A stretch of 64,000 bases of DNA from a virus (Duplodnaviria > Heunggongvirae > Uroviricota > Caudoviricetes): IMG/VR virus record IMGVR_UViG_3300031758_000002; one strand, given 5' to 3'. Numbering within the stretch: position 1 is the stretch's first letter; each line of letters opens with the position of its first letter. A program made the position numbers and the translations under genes. Of this stretch, positions 49,314 through 58,593 are shown one piece after another. Under the pieces are notes generated by a model, which had not been told where the DNA came from, ran no database searches, and saw only the letters and a program-made list of their open reading frames with translations.

Positions 49314-51146
49314 TTATGTTGTTGTTAATCCGGCATTTATTTTTCCTGCCGCCATTACCATTGCAAGAGCATTTTGAGAATTTTGAGTATATTCTTTTAA
49401 TATTCGTTCAACCTCAGTTGATGTTACATAACTTGGCATATTTGAAAAATTAAATGTGTGGGTTATGTTCATATTTGTTGGTTGTGTATTGGTTGAGGCG
49501 GTTTCAGTACCTCCTCCACCTACTGTTGTTGTTGCAGTTGATGATACCACATTTGATGCCGATGGTGTTGCAGTTGATGTTGCGGAGGAAGTTGTTGTAC
49601 CAATAACAGAATTATAAATATCTTTAATAGTTGTTGCAGCATCACTAAACCAATTATATACAACATCTTTAGCCTTCCCAAATTCTTCAATTACAACTCC
49701 AAAATCAACACCTAAATCTTTTAATATTTCTCCCACTTTTTTTTCAACATCTTCTATGGTTTTAATATAAACCATAGGGTCGGTTGGGAGTTCTTTTACA
49801 AGATCTCTTGTTTTAGATAATGCACCGCTATAAATAGGTTGAGCAGCTCCTTGTGCCATACCATATTGATACGCTGCCAATCTCTCATTAAGTATTGCAT
49901 TTGTTTTTGACATTTCACTTAATTGATCAACCGCAATTTCTTCCATGGTTTTACCTTGTAATGCTTGTTCCGCCTTAAGTGATTCTATTTGTTCCGCAGT
50001 TAATTTACTAACATCAACTAATTCTTCGTCACCTGTTAATTTACCTGTTGTTTCATCAAATGTTTTAACTTTAACCTGAGCAACGCCACTTTTACTAAAC
50101 TGAGCCATTGTCGCCACCAATTCTCTATCGTCTTCATTTACTTCAGGACTAAATTTAATCTTTTTTAATTTTTCATCAAATGATGCGGCGTTGATTGCCA
50201 TTTTTGAGAATTCAGCCGCAGACATACCTAATTCAGTCGCAACTTCCCTCATTCTCCTTTTTGCACCAGGTAAAATTTCAAATTGATTATTTTGTTCATT
50301 AAATCTAACAAAATCTTTACTTAAATTAACAATTTGATTTTGTAACTCAACAGGATCATTTTGAGCCAAATCCATTGCTCTTAACGGATCTAATAACTCA
50401 CTTGAGGTGACTCCTAATCTTTGTAATGATGCTGCGAAATCAATTGCTTTTTCGGGACTTAATAGGTCTTCAGATTTGGCAAATATTTTTTCCATATCAA
50501 CACCTAATCTTGATGCTTGCGCCGCCATTTTAGCAAGTCCTTTAACACCATTATCAAAATTAAACAAATTAAGTTTTTCAAGGTTTTTACTTACCGCACC
50601 CGCAACACTAGCGACGGTAACCCCCGCTTGATTAGCAATTTTTGCAACCTCCAACATATTGTCACCAACAGATTCAATACTAAAACCAACATCTTTAAAA
50701 TTAAGTGCTAATTCATCAGCCGCAACACCAGTAACTTTACTTGTCGCCGCCAACTCAACTAATTGTTTGTCACTTAGTTTTAAATTAATATTGAATTTTT
50801 TAATTAGGTTTTCATAAAGAGCAGATGCATCATCCGCCTTCAAACCCATCCCAACAAATTGTGGGATTGCAAGTGTGAGAGTTCTTTGAAGTTCTATACT
50901 TCTTTCGAATCCAGTCCCTAATGTTTTTACGATATCCGCACTCTTTTTATCTAAGTCAGTTGCTGCTCTAAACATTGCAGTTAAACCTAAATTAGTACTA
51001 ATTAACGAACCTATTTGAGCAGGTATTCCTGATAAATCTTTGGCGGCAGTAGATAATTGTGTGGCAACATCAATACCTGTAAACCCGTAACTACCCGCAC
51101 CTGTTTCTTCTTTATCTACATCACCAGAATCGTTTGTTGCTAACAT
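49314..51146 (-). CDS. Tape measure protein
   Basis: 610 aa, Ala/Leu-rich and helical, directly after the tail chaperone, Thr/Ser-rich C-terminus. Confidence 0.75.
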   Translation of the reverse strand: MLATNDSGDVDKEETGAGSYGFTGIDVATQLSTAAKDLSGIPAQIGSLISTNLGLTAMFRAATDLDKKSADIVKTLGTGFERSIELQRTLTLAIPQFVGMGLKADDASALYENLIKKFNINLKLSDKQLVELAATSKVTGVAADELALNFKDVGFSIESVGDNMLEVAKIANQAGVTVASVAGAVSKNLEKLNLFNFDNGVKGLAKMAAQASRLGVDMEKIFAKSEDLLSPEKAIDFAASLQRLGVTSSELLDPLRAMDLAQNDPVELQNQIVNLSKDFVRFNEQNNQFEILPGAKRRMREVATELGMSAAEFSKMAINAASFDEKLKKIKFSPEVNEDDRELVATMAQFSKSGVAQVKVKTFDETTGKLTGDEELVDVSKLTAEQIESLKAEQALQGKTMEEIAVDQLSEMSKTNAILNERLAAYQYGMAQGAAQPIYSGALSKTRDLVKELPTDPMVYIKTIEDVEKKVGEILKDLGVDFGVVIEEFGKAKDVVYNWFSDAATTIKDIYNSVIGTTTSSATSTATPSASNVVSSTATTTVGGGGTETASTNTQPTNMNITHTFNFSNMPSYVTSTEVERILKEYTQNSQNALAMVMAAGKINAGLTTT

Positions 51147-51162
51147 TTAAATTGTATTTCTA

Positions 51163-51170
51163 TATAAATA
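51163..51170 (-). promoter_or_regulatory. TATTTATA upstream motif
   Basis: Between the frameshift-ORF stop (51175) and the tape measure ATG (51146). Confidence 0.6.
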
Positions 51171-51174
51171 TTAA

Positions 51175-51333
51175 TTATTCACTTTTATGTTCCTCAATAA
51201 TTTTATTAATTAAATATCTTCGGATATATGTTGGCATAGATAGAAAGTCTGAATATGATGTTCTCAGAATTTTTGCAAGGATATAATATTCGTCAAGTAA
51301 AATTTTTGTGTAATCAGAAAAAAGGCCGAAAAA
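51175..51333 (-). CDS. Frameshift extension of tail assembly chaperone (gp51/GT-like C-terminal helix); not in the ORF track
   Basis: 52 codons FFGLFSDYTKILLDEYYILAKILRTSYSDFLSMPTYIRRYLINKIIEEHKSE in the +1 frame overlapping the end of 51314..52078. No ATG before the conserved core. Confidence 0.75.
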   Translation of the reverse strand, partial: FFGLFSDYTKILLDEYYILAKILRTSYSDFLSMPTYIRRYLINKIIEEHKSE

Positions 51334-52078
51334 ATTCAACCCCAAACGCAATGTTAACCATTACCTTTTCTCCTGACGGGGCTATTACTTGTTTTGTTAA
51401 GTCTAATCTTGGTTCATTATCTAAAACAAACTTTTTAATATGTTTTGAATCCATAATTGGCATTGACTCAATAAACTTAGAAATGTGACTTCTATCTTCA
51501 TTTCCGTCAATGGAAACAATCATTTTATTCAATCTAATTGTTTGTGACGGTGGTATTCTACCTGCAGGGTATTGATCAATAATTTCTTCAATTTCAATTA
51601 AATCTCTAACATTTAAAAATTTAAGTTTAACGGAATTACCGCTTCTTGGTAATGTTGTTGTAACATACCCATTTTCATCAGGATCAACATCTGTTTTTTT
51701 AATGTTTAATTCATCTAATAAAATAGTTGTTTCAAATCCTTTGTTTGTTGCAGGATCCTTTATTGATATGTTATATTCAGGTCCAAATGAAGTGTTCCTT
51801 AAAAATATCATTAACGCTTCAATATCACCATCTAATAATTCATCAGGTCTTAAATCAGGTTCGTAAATTTTATTTCTTAATAAAGGTAGAATAATACTTT
51901 CCCTAATTGATTTATTAGGATTAATATTTGACAAAATGTTTTCGTCAGACGCAGTTAAATAACCAACTTTAACACTCTTCTTTTTAGATTTATAAAAAAT
52001 TCCTCCTGATGGTAATTTAACCACATCGTGTGGTAAGTTAAAATCCATTTGTCCATATTGTGCAACATTGTTTTCCAT
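51314..52078 (-). CDS. Tail assembly chaperone / T4 gp26-like baseplate hub assembly protein
   Basis: 254 aa. VKLPSGG.FY, YLTASDENIL, L.GDIEALMIFLR..SFGPEY. Between tube and tape measure genes. Confidence 0.75.
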   Translation of the reverse strand: MENNVAQYGQMDFNLPHDVVKLPSGGIFYKSKKKSVKVGYLTASDENILSNINPNKSIRESIILPLLRNKIYEPDLRPDELLDGDIEALMIFLRNTSFGPEYNISIKDPATNKGFETTILLDELNIKKTDVDPDENGYVTTTLPRSGNSVKLKFLNVRDLIEIEEIIDQYPAGRIPPSQTIRLNKMIVSIDGNEDRSHISKFIESMPIMDSKHIKKFVLDNEPRLDLTKQVIAPSGEKVMVNIAFGVEFFRPFF

Positions 52079-52119
52079 AATCTTTTTTATTATAAAGATA
52101 CTTTACTTATATTTTTTGT

Positions 52120-52155
52120 AAATAAAAATCCCATACGGAATAAACCATATGGGAT
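52120..52155 (-). terminator. Rho-independent terminator after tail tube gene
   Basis: AUCCCAUAUGG-UUUAUU-CCGUAUGGGAU followed by UUUUAUUU. Confidence 0.8.
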
Positions 52156-52177
52156 GTATTTCATATAAAATATATTT

Positions 52178-52666
52178 TTAGTACACAAGGATACAACGAT
52201 CCATACGAAGTGTTGCCGAAATATCTGCCAACGCATCTTGTGAATAAGACAATGAACCAAAGTTTACATCAGTCATAAATGTACCTTCCAAAATCCACTT
52301 CTCAACAACAACACCTGTTGGATCTAACATCTCAATGTCAACATTCTTTTTGTAACCAGCAGCATAACCCATACGACCTGTTACAGACTCCGCACATAAA
52401 CGAACCCACTCCATTAATGCTTGTGATGCAGATGGTCCGATAGGGTCACGGAATTTAACTGTAATTGGATCCCAGTTGAATCTACCTGCAACGAATGTTG
52501 AAGTATTTAAGAACTGTATCTCAGTTGAACCGATTTTGATAGATGGTCTAGACGCACTCTCTACAAACCACTCATTTATACCCAATGAAGATGGGAATCT
52601 TAATATAAATCGGTTCTGTCTTTTCGGTTCGTAAGGAACTGGCATTTTCATTAACAAATCAGCCAT
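52178..52666 (-). CDS. gp19: Tail tube protein, T4 gp19-like
   Basis: 162 aa. YEPKRQNRF, AGRFNWDPITVKFRD, WVRLC..SVTGRMGY..GYKK, LDPTGVVVEKW, ISATLRMD. Confidence 0.9.
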   Translation of the reverse strand: MADLLMKMPVPYEPKRQNRFILRFPSSLGINEWFVESASRPSIKIGSTEIQFLNTSTFVAGRFNWDPITVKFRDPIGPSASQALMEWVRLCAESVTGRMGYAAGYKKNVDIEMLDPTGVVVEKWILEGTFMTDVNFGSLSYSQDALADISATLRMDRCILVY

Positions 52667-52696
52667 AATTTTTTCTTTTAAATTTTTGTTTATTTT

Positions 52697-52708
52697 TATT
52701 TATAAATA
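52697..52708 (-). promoter_or_regulatory. Palindromic TATTTATAAATA motif upstream of tube gene
   Basis: Upstream of the ATG at 52666. Confidence 0.6.
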
Positions 52709-52731
52709 TATCGTTGTAAAATTTTTTCTAT

Positions 52732-53631
52732 TTACTTTGATTTAATTTTCAATATTGTTCTTTTAACTAGTTGCTCCATCATAGTTTTTTCATCATCTTT
52801 TGTATGATAAGTTCTTAATATATTATCTGGTTTCTTTTCAAAATGTTTTTTCATTACTTCTACATTTCTTATATCATCATCTGAAAAACCTACCATAGGC
52901 ATTTTAGGAACAAAGTTATTACTTACATCATTTATGAATTGATATTCTTTTTTCTGTAATCTAATTGACATTCTTTTAACATAATTAATAAATTCCTCCA
53001 TTGCTTTAACTTTACCTTCTTCAGGATTAGTCGCGGAACCCGCACCATAACTCACAGGGTAAAATTTACATCTATCAAGATAATCTCTGATTAACCAATT
53101 TTCATCTTTAATTGGTTTTAATCCCATAATCTCCCTGTATCTAATAAGACTCTCCACAAGTTTTTCTTTATCAAGTCCACCTCTACCCATCAAAATTAAT
53201 TTTAACACACCTTTTTTAAGTGTATTTGGGTGATGTCCTCTTGCGGTAATGATTGAAAATACTGAACCGTTATTAATTGCCTCAATAAAATCCGACCAAG
53301 GTCCTCTAACTAACGGGGCGTTTTCAATATCCCTCATAAACTTTGAATCCCCTTGAGTTCCAAAAAATCTGAACGGGTTTTCAGCAAAACCAACAATAGT
53401 CTCCCCGTCATATTCAAAAGGAGTTTTTCCAATGTCAGTTCTATATTCCGCAAAATCTTCAGTTGACATACCAACCTCATCACCACCTTCACTCATTAAA
53501 ATAATTTGAGTTGGCATTTTCATAAGATTATCATCCCAGTCAAATGCATAATATTTCACACCGTATTTTTTTTCCTCAACTTCGTTAACCATCTCTTTGA
53601 TGATTTGTCTTGTTAAAACACTATAATTCAT
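52732..53631 (-). CDS. HAD-superfamily hydrolase
   Basis: 299 aa. Motif I FDWDDNL, motif II IITARG, motif III K, motif IV GFSDDD. Confidence 0.7.
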   Translation of the reverse strand: MNYSVLTRQIIKEMVNEVEEKKYGVKYYAFDWDDNLMKMPTQIILMSEGGDEVGMSTEDFAEYRTDIGKTPFEYDGETIVGFAENPFRFFGTQGDSKFMRDIENAPLVRGPWSDFIEAINNGSVFSIITARGHHPNTLKKGVLKLILMGRGGLDKEKLVESLIRYREIMGLKPIKDENWLIRDYLDRCKFYPVSYGAGSATNPEEGKVKAMEEFINYVKRMSIRLQKKEYQFINDVSNNFVPKMPMVGFSDDDIRNVEVMKKHFEKKPDNILRTYHTKDDEKTMMEQLVKRTILKIKSK

Positions 53632-53652
53632 ATTAATAAATATTCAATAAAT

Positions 53653-53681
53653 AAAAAAAGGGAGAATTTATCTCCCTTTTC
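53653..53681. terminator. Bidirectional Rho-independent terminator after sheath gene
   Basis: AAAAGGGAGA-ATTTA-TCTCCCTTTT inverted repeat flanked by A and T runs. Confidence 0.8.
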
Positions 53682-53697
53682 TTTTATTATTCTTTTA

Positions 53698-56600
53698 TTA
53701 GATATTCTCAAACGACGCTCCTGTTGGGGTAATGTAGAATGTGATATCAATAAATTCAAGTGAACGAGTAGGTTTCACATAAATCTTACCTGTTAACTGA
53801 TTTCTATCTAAGTCTGCAGTATCACTTGAAACTGTCACACGGAAATCATATAAACCTCTGTCTCTTCTGATTGAATCCAAGATAGGGTTAACCGCATTTA
53901 AGAAGTCTTGTCTAACTTGTTCATCGTTTTGATCGAACAACAATCTCACAGAAACCGCTGAAATCAATTTACGAGCTTGTAGTAACAATCGTCTAACATT
54001 GATTCTGTCAAGTGCTGACTCTCTAACTTGTAGAGTTTTGTTACCCCAAATTACTGTACCAACATCAGAGAAGGTTGCGATTGGGTTGATTCTACCTACA
54101 TATAATGTGTCTCTATCTTCTTGAGTCAACTTCTTACGAGCTTTGATTGAGTTAACAATACCACGAGTGTAACCCGCCGCGGCGAACCAAGGGAATGCGA
54201 TATTATCTGTCAACGCCAAGTTTCTAGTTACCTCAGCTGTTGCTGGGATATAGATTTGTGTGTTATTAACAGTATCACGAGTTAATACCCAAGGATAGTA
54301 AGTACAAGTATAGTTAGAGTCAATTCCCGCAGTCTCCAAATTATCAACCGCTTCAGTAGGATAGATTAAACCATCAGTTCCTGTCGTTGTCGGTAATAAT
54401 AAATCGTAGTCAGGTGTTGTTGTAATATACAATGAATCAGCTCTCTCAAACTCAATCATCTCAACCGCATCACCAACCAAGTCTGAATTATTTACATAAT
54501 CAATACCAGGAGTTACGAATACATTAATGTTTACCGCTTCAGGGTTAGAGAATGTTCTAATACCCAACAAATATGCGTAGTAGTCAGTATTTGCCCAAGT
54601 TCTTGTACCGTCACCGATAGAAATTTGTTTAAACGCTCCCCATCCTTTAGCATCAGGATATCTATCTGTAGGACAAGAACCATTTAAGAATCCGATTCTA
54701 CCTAAAACATATCTATCACTATTTGTTCTTCTTTCTCTATATATGTCCCATCCATCAAACCCTCCTTGTACAAACAAAGTGAATTTTCTTGAGAACAATC
54801 TGTAGTAAGGACTTGTTTCATTTATAGGTTCTGAAGCAAACGGTGCATCACCTACATAGAATCTTGGTGTTCCACTTGTTGAGAACGCACTTCCGATAGT
54901 AATACCACTTGCGTTTTTATCCATGTGGAATCCTCTTGTTCTGTAAGACCACTGTCCTCCCTCAATGTCGCAAGTAGAAATTGGATTTCTTTTACCAACA
55001 TACTCAAAGAAGTCAGGATCGTAACCCCAGAAATTAGACATACCCAAATATGTTCTTCTAACATTATCACCACCTGTTGTAGTTGCGTTATCTCCTCCTG
55101 TTGGTAAACCAAATGGTGGGTTATAAATTACTTCACCAGGGAAATCGTATTTTGTTTTAAAGATTGGGAATGGAGATCTAGCACCTGAGTACTCTCTGAA
55201 GTTAAACCCTTCAAATCCACAAGGTAGTGAATCAATAGGAGCATCCTCATTCATTTCAACCATAACATATTTAGAGTTCAATTCGTATTCACCATCTAAT
55301 GTACCAATTTTTTTAGCAATAAAACTATTTTGACTTGGATCCATTGAACAGTTAGTGAATTTCTCAAGAACTGTAGGTGCAGAATCTGTATCAAAATAAT
55401 CTCTAACTAACACTGTAAATGTTTGATTAGCGAATGAAATATCTGTAATTGAAAGTTTTACACTTGTGTTTGCATCATTACCGTCAGCAATTGTATAGAA
55501 TTTGAATAAGTTATAAACTTTACTACCTCTTACTTCGGATACAACCCAAGGGGAACTTGGTGATTGATATCTATCTAAGTACCACCCAATAGATGTAGAA
55601 CTTTGACTTTGAGCGGAATCAAGTGAAATTAACTCAGAATTTAATCCTCTAATATAACCTTTTCTATATGCGTAATTTAATAATGATTGGAATCTTTCCT
55701 CAACCATTAATGGAACTGTTGTTCTAGGTTTACCAAAATTACTAGTACCAAATACTTTAGTTACATATTTAGCGTCTGATATACTCATTGATGTTTCAAA
55801 CGAGAATGAATCTCCTTGGTAGTTGGTAACATTAACCACAAATGGTAAATAAGGATTTTTAGAAACCCCTGAATAAGGTCCTGTCATATCAAGAGTTACG
55901 TCAGTAATTCCTGTCACTTCCCAAGTTGGGTTATTTCCATCAGTATAATTAGATACACCTCTTGATCTTAATGTTGTTACGACTAAATCATCGTAATCAG
56001 TGAATGAATTACCTGTGTAAAGATAAATTTTACCAACGACATTACCTGAATAACAAGTTGTAAATTCACCAACATTTTGTGATCCACCGTTAGAACCAGG
56101 ACAAGTTAAACAAGGATCGTATTCATAAACATTTACAGTCCAAGTTGTTGTAACTGATCCATCTCCCGATGTTAACACATATTCCACAGTACCTGCTGAG
56201 AAGTTTACCACTGTGGAATTACTTACCTGTGTAACACTATTAACACTAACCCCTGTTGTACACGCACTGAATGTCGGAGTTAATGCCGATAAATTACCTG
56301 TAAACCCTGATGGTAAACAAACACTAATAACATTAGTATTATAGTTTATACTTGCGGATGTTCCACTAATTGAATAGTCGTAGAATGATGCACAATTACT
56401 TGTTGTTGTAGTTGCAGTAACTCCTGTTACATATGAGTAAAATGAGAATCCTGTGTAATTACCATTACCTGTATTATCAAATAAAGCGTAATACCAAGAA
56501 TCATTTAATGGTGATGTTAAATCAGTTTGAGCTAAATCAACTGAAGGTACATCAAATCTATTGTTTTGAGTTCCCGCAGAAAAAGTAGGATTAGTAAATC

Positions 56601-57270
56601 CTGAATAATCATCAGGATCAATAGAACCAAAATAATCAATTACTGTCTGTCCTGTAGTTGGATCATCTAAAGAGATAATACTAAAAATTGTACTTGTAAT
56701 ATCAGCATCTATTGATGAGGTTCCTCCGTCAAATTGTTGGTATGATTCTGTTAACATACTTTGTATTACTGTAGGAAAATCACTTAAAAAGTTAACTGTC
56801 CCGTCAGTACTGTTACATCCACTAAAAGGTACCGTAAAATCAATAGTATTAGCTGAAGTACATTCAAAAACACAATCAACGGTTACACCACTTGCACAAT
56901 CAAACCCAACAGTCGTTGGATCAACATTTGCAACTGTAACTACTGACCAAGATGGTCCCGCATCATAACCCGATAATCCAAGGATTCTTGTTACAAATAA
57001 TTGATTTGATTGTTGTAAATACGCCTTTGCGATGTATGCTGCTTCATATTTAGGAATTTGAGTATTTACAAATTTTTCAGGAGAAGTACCACCGAAGTAT
57101 GTCGTGAATTCATCGAAGTTTCTAATGAATATCGGTTCGAATGCAGGTCCTTTTAAAGTCTCTCCCGCAATACCCAATGTGGTAACACCCACACTTTGAG
57201 CAACGAAACTCAAATCAACTTCTGAAGTATAGACACCTGGTGATACAAATACTTTACTGTTAGTTGCCAT
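53698..57270 (-). CDS. gp18: Contractile tail sheath protein with large insertion
   Basis: 1190 aa. FVSPGVYTSEVDLS N-terminus. C-terminal YYPWV, FPWFAAAGYTRG, RINPI, VIWGNKTL, DRINVRRLL, IYVKPTRSLEFI. Confidence 0.95.
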   Translation of the reverse strand: MATNSKVFVSPGVYTSEVDLSFVAQSVGVTTLGIAGETLKGPAFEPIFIRNFDEFTTYFGGTSPEKFVNTQIPKYEAAYIAKAYLQQSNQLFVTRILGLSGYDAGPSWSVVTVANVDPTTVGFDCASGVTVDCVFECTSANTIDFTVPFSGCNSTDGTVNFLSDFPTVIQSMLTESYQQFDGGTSSIDADITSTIFSIISLDDPTTGQTVIDYFGSIDPDDYSGFTNPTFSAGTQNNRFDVPSVDLAQTDLTSPLNDSWYYALFDNTGNGNYTGFSFYSYVTGVTATTTTSNCASFYDYSISGTSASINYNTNVISVCLPSGFTGNLSALTPTFSACTTGVSVNSVTQVSNSTVVNFSAGTVEYVLTSGDGSVTTTWTVNVYEYDPCLTCPGSNGGSQNVGEFTTCYSGNVVGKIYLYTGNSFTDYDDLVVTTLRSRGVSNYTDGNNPTWEVTGITDVTLDMTGPYSGVSKNPYLPFVVNVTNYQGDSFSFETSMSISDAKYVTKVFGTSNFGKPRTTVPLMVEERFQSLLNYAYRKGYIRGLNSELISLDSAQSQSSTSIGWYLDRYQSPSSPWVVSEVRGSKVYNLFKFYTIADGNDANTSVKLSITDISFANQTFTVLVRDYFDTDSAPTVLEKFTNCSMDPSQNSFIAKKIGTLDGEYELNSKYVMVEMNEDAPIDSLPCGFEGFNFREYSGARSPFPIFKTKYDFPGEVIYNPPFGLPTGGDNATTTGGDNVRRTYLGMSNFWGYDPDFFEYVGKRNPISTCDIEGGQWSYRTRGFHMDKNASGITIGSAFSTSGTPRFYVGDAPFASEPINETSPYYRLFSRKFTLFVQGGFDGWDIYRERRTNSDRYVLGRIGFLNGSCPTDRYPDAKGWGAFKQISIGDGTRTWANTDYYAYLLGIRTFSNPEAVNINVFVTPGIDYVNNSDLVGDAVEMIEFERADSLYITTTPDYDLLLPTTTGTDGLIYPTEAVDNLETAGIDSNYTCTYYPWVLTRDTVNNTQIYIPATAEVTRNLALTDNIAFPWFAAAGYTRGIVNSIKARKKLTQEDRDTLYVGRINPIATFSDVGTVIWGNKTLQVRESALDRINVRRLLLQARKLISAVSVRLLFDQNDEQVRQDFLNAVNPILDSIRRDRGLYDFRVTVSSDTADLDRNQLTGKIYVKPTRSLEFIDITFYITPTGASFENI

Positions 57271-57305
57271 TTTGTTTTTTTTTGTTTATAGATTTATTTT
57301 TTATA

Positions 57306-57357
57306 TATAAATATTGGTGAATTAGGCAAAAACTTTACTTCTGATAAAGTATTTATA
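57306..57357. promoter_or_regulatory. Back-to-back TATTTATA motifs for sheath (minus, 57306-57313) and RHH gene (plus, 57350-57357)
   Basis: Motif orientation matches each divergent gene. Confidence 0.6.
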
Positions 57358-57392
57358 CTTTGGTGAGATTTTATTCTGCCTTTATTCTACCT

Positions 57393-57554
57393 ATGAAAGA
57401 AACACCTAAAAAAATAAAGAATCTTAAGATTTCTGTTGAGGTTCACGATATACTAAAAAAGTATTGTGATAAGCGCGGAATTAAAATGTATAGATTTTTA
57501 GAAAATCTAATTACAGAAAAGTGTAAAGAAAAAAAGGATATATACGGGGAGTAG
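57393..57554 (+). CDS. Ribbon-helix-helix (CopG/Arc-like) DNA-binding protein
   Basis: 53 aa from ATG 57393: KNLKISVEVHDILKKYCDKRGIKMYRFLENLI (beta strand, helix, G-turn, helix). Divergent from the sheath gene. Confidence 0.7.
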   Translation: MKETPKKIKNLKISVEVHDILKKYCDKRGIKMYRFLENLITEKCKEKKDIYGE

Positions 57555-58592
57555 TTATAATAATGTTTGAGTATATGATATTCTACTCTCTTCCAATGGA
57601 TTAATTTTATTCACTAATAAGGTTAAAATGTCATTAGTATTTATTTGAAATTCCTCCAAAGTATCACCATAATAATCACCATTTATATACACACTAAAAT
57701 TATCAACATTATAAGTATCGGTTAAATATAGGTTTGCAGTGTACTCAAAAGTTTGTATCGTTTCAGTGACTCCGTCAGGATATGTTGTTGTATATAATGA
57801 AGGTGGTGCCGGTTCTTCTCTTCTTGGTTTTCGTTTTCTTGTTTGAGTGTCCACTTCAAACATTTGGAATATCCTTGTAACCGCAGGTTGTACTTCAAAT
57901 TCCTCTTCATCAATAAGAAATCCTAACATAGTGAATGAATACTTCTGAATATAAACTTTTCTTTTCTCAAGATCTAAAACTGATTCATCAGTAATATCAT
58001 CATTAACAATTGGAATATAATGTCCTTTAATATTTTGATACGCTTGTCTTGATGAAAACTTCTCAAGTATAATCTGATTAAACTTATTTAGTTCTCTCAT
58101 TCTGTTACAAATGATCGCAACCGTATATTTTATATCAACAGGTACTGGTTGTGGAATTTTATAAATGTCCATTCCGTGTCGTTGTCCATCCCATGTTGGT
58201 ACTTGAGCATAATAATATTGTCTTCTATTTGGAATGTTCCATCTTAATGCAGGATTTGATCCGTATTTAACTTCAGGTGTTCTAATTACTGTAATAAATG
58301 GGGGTTCCGCATTTTTATCAATGTTTTGGAAATCCCATGTTTCAACAAACTGACTCCAATTTTGAGTTGAGATTAGTATATCAACCATTGGTACCGTTTT
58401 ACCCTCAACGACACATTTTAATTCATCTCGTACAAAATCTAAAAAACCTCTATCCAAATCCGCATGGAGTAACGACTTTGGTAGGTAAGTACCATCCCTT
58501 TCAATCATTTCTTTAAGTTCCTCTCTTCTTGGATATAAAGTTTTAGATTGAGTAAGTGGTAATGTTTTTTTTATTTTTTTAGGTATCGGCAT
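57555..58592 (-). CDS. Tail terminator / sheath stabiliser, gp15-like
   Basis: 345 aa. PQPVPVDIKYTVAIICNRMRELNKFNQIILEKF resembles tail-completion proteins. Upstream of sheath, downstream of neck gene. Confidence 0.65.
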   Translation of the reverse strand: MPIPKKIKKTLPLTQSKTLYPRREELKEMIERDGTYLPKSLLHADLDRGFLDFVRDELKCVVEGKTVPMVDILISTQNWSQFVETWDFQNIDKNAEPPFITVIRTPEVKYGSNPALRWNIPNRRQYYYAQVPTWDGQRHGMDIYKIPQPVPVDIKYTVAIICNRMRELNKFNQIILEKFSSRQAYQNIKGHYIPIVNDDITDESVLDLEKRKVYIQKYSFTMLGFLIDEEEFEVQPAVTRIFQMFEVDTQTRKRKPRREEPAPPSLYTTTYPDGVTETIQTFEYTANLYLTDTYNVDNFSVYINGDYYGDTLEEFQINTNDILTLLVNKINPLEESRISYTQTLL

Positions 58593-58593
58593 T

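Noticed and set aside
51290-51325. Canonical -1 frameshift at T TTT TTC
   Set aside because: The heptamer is present, but the -1 frame gives only a short peptide (LITQKFYLTNIISLQKF) before a stop. The plausible chaperone extension is in the +1/-2 frame.
57334-57359. Sigma70 promoter TTTACT...TATACT for the RHH gene
   Set aside because: The spacer is only 14 nt. The TATTTATA motif explains the site better.
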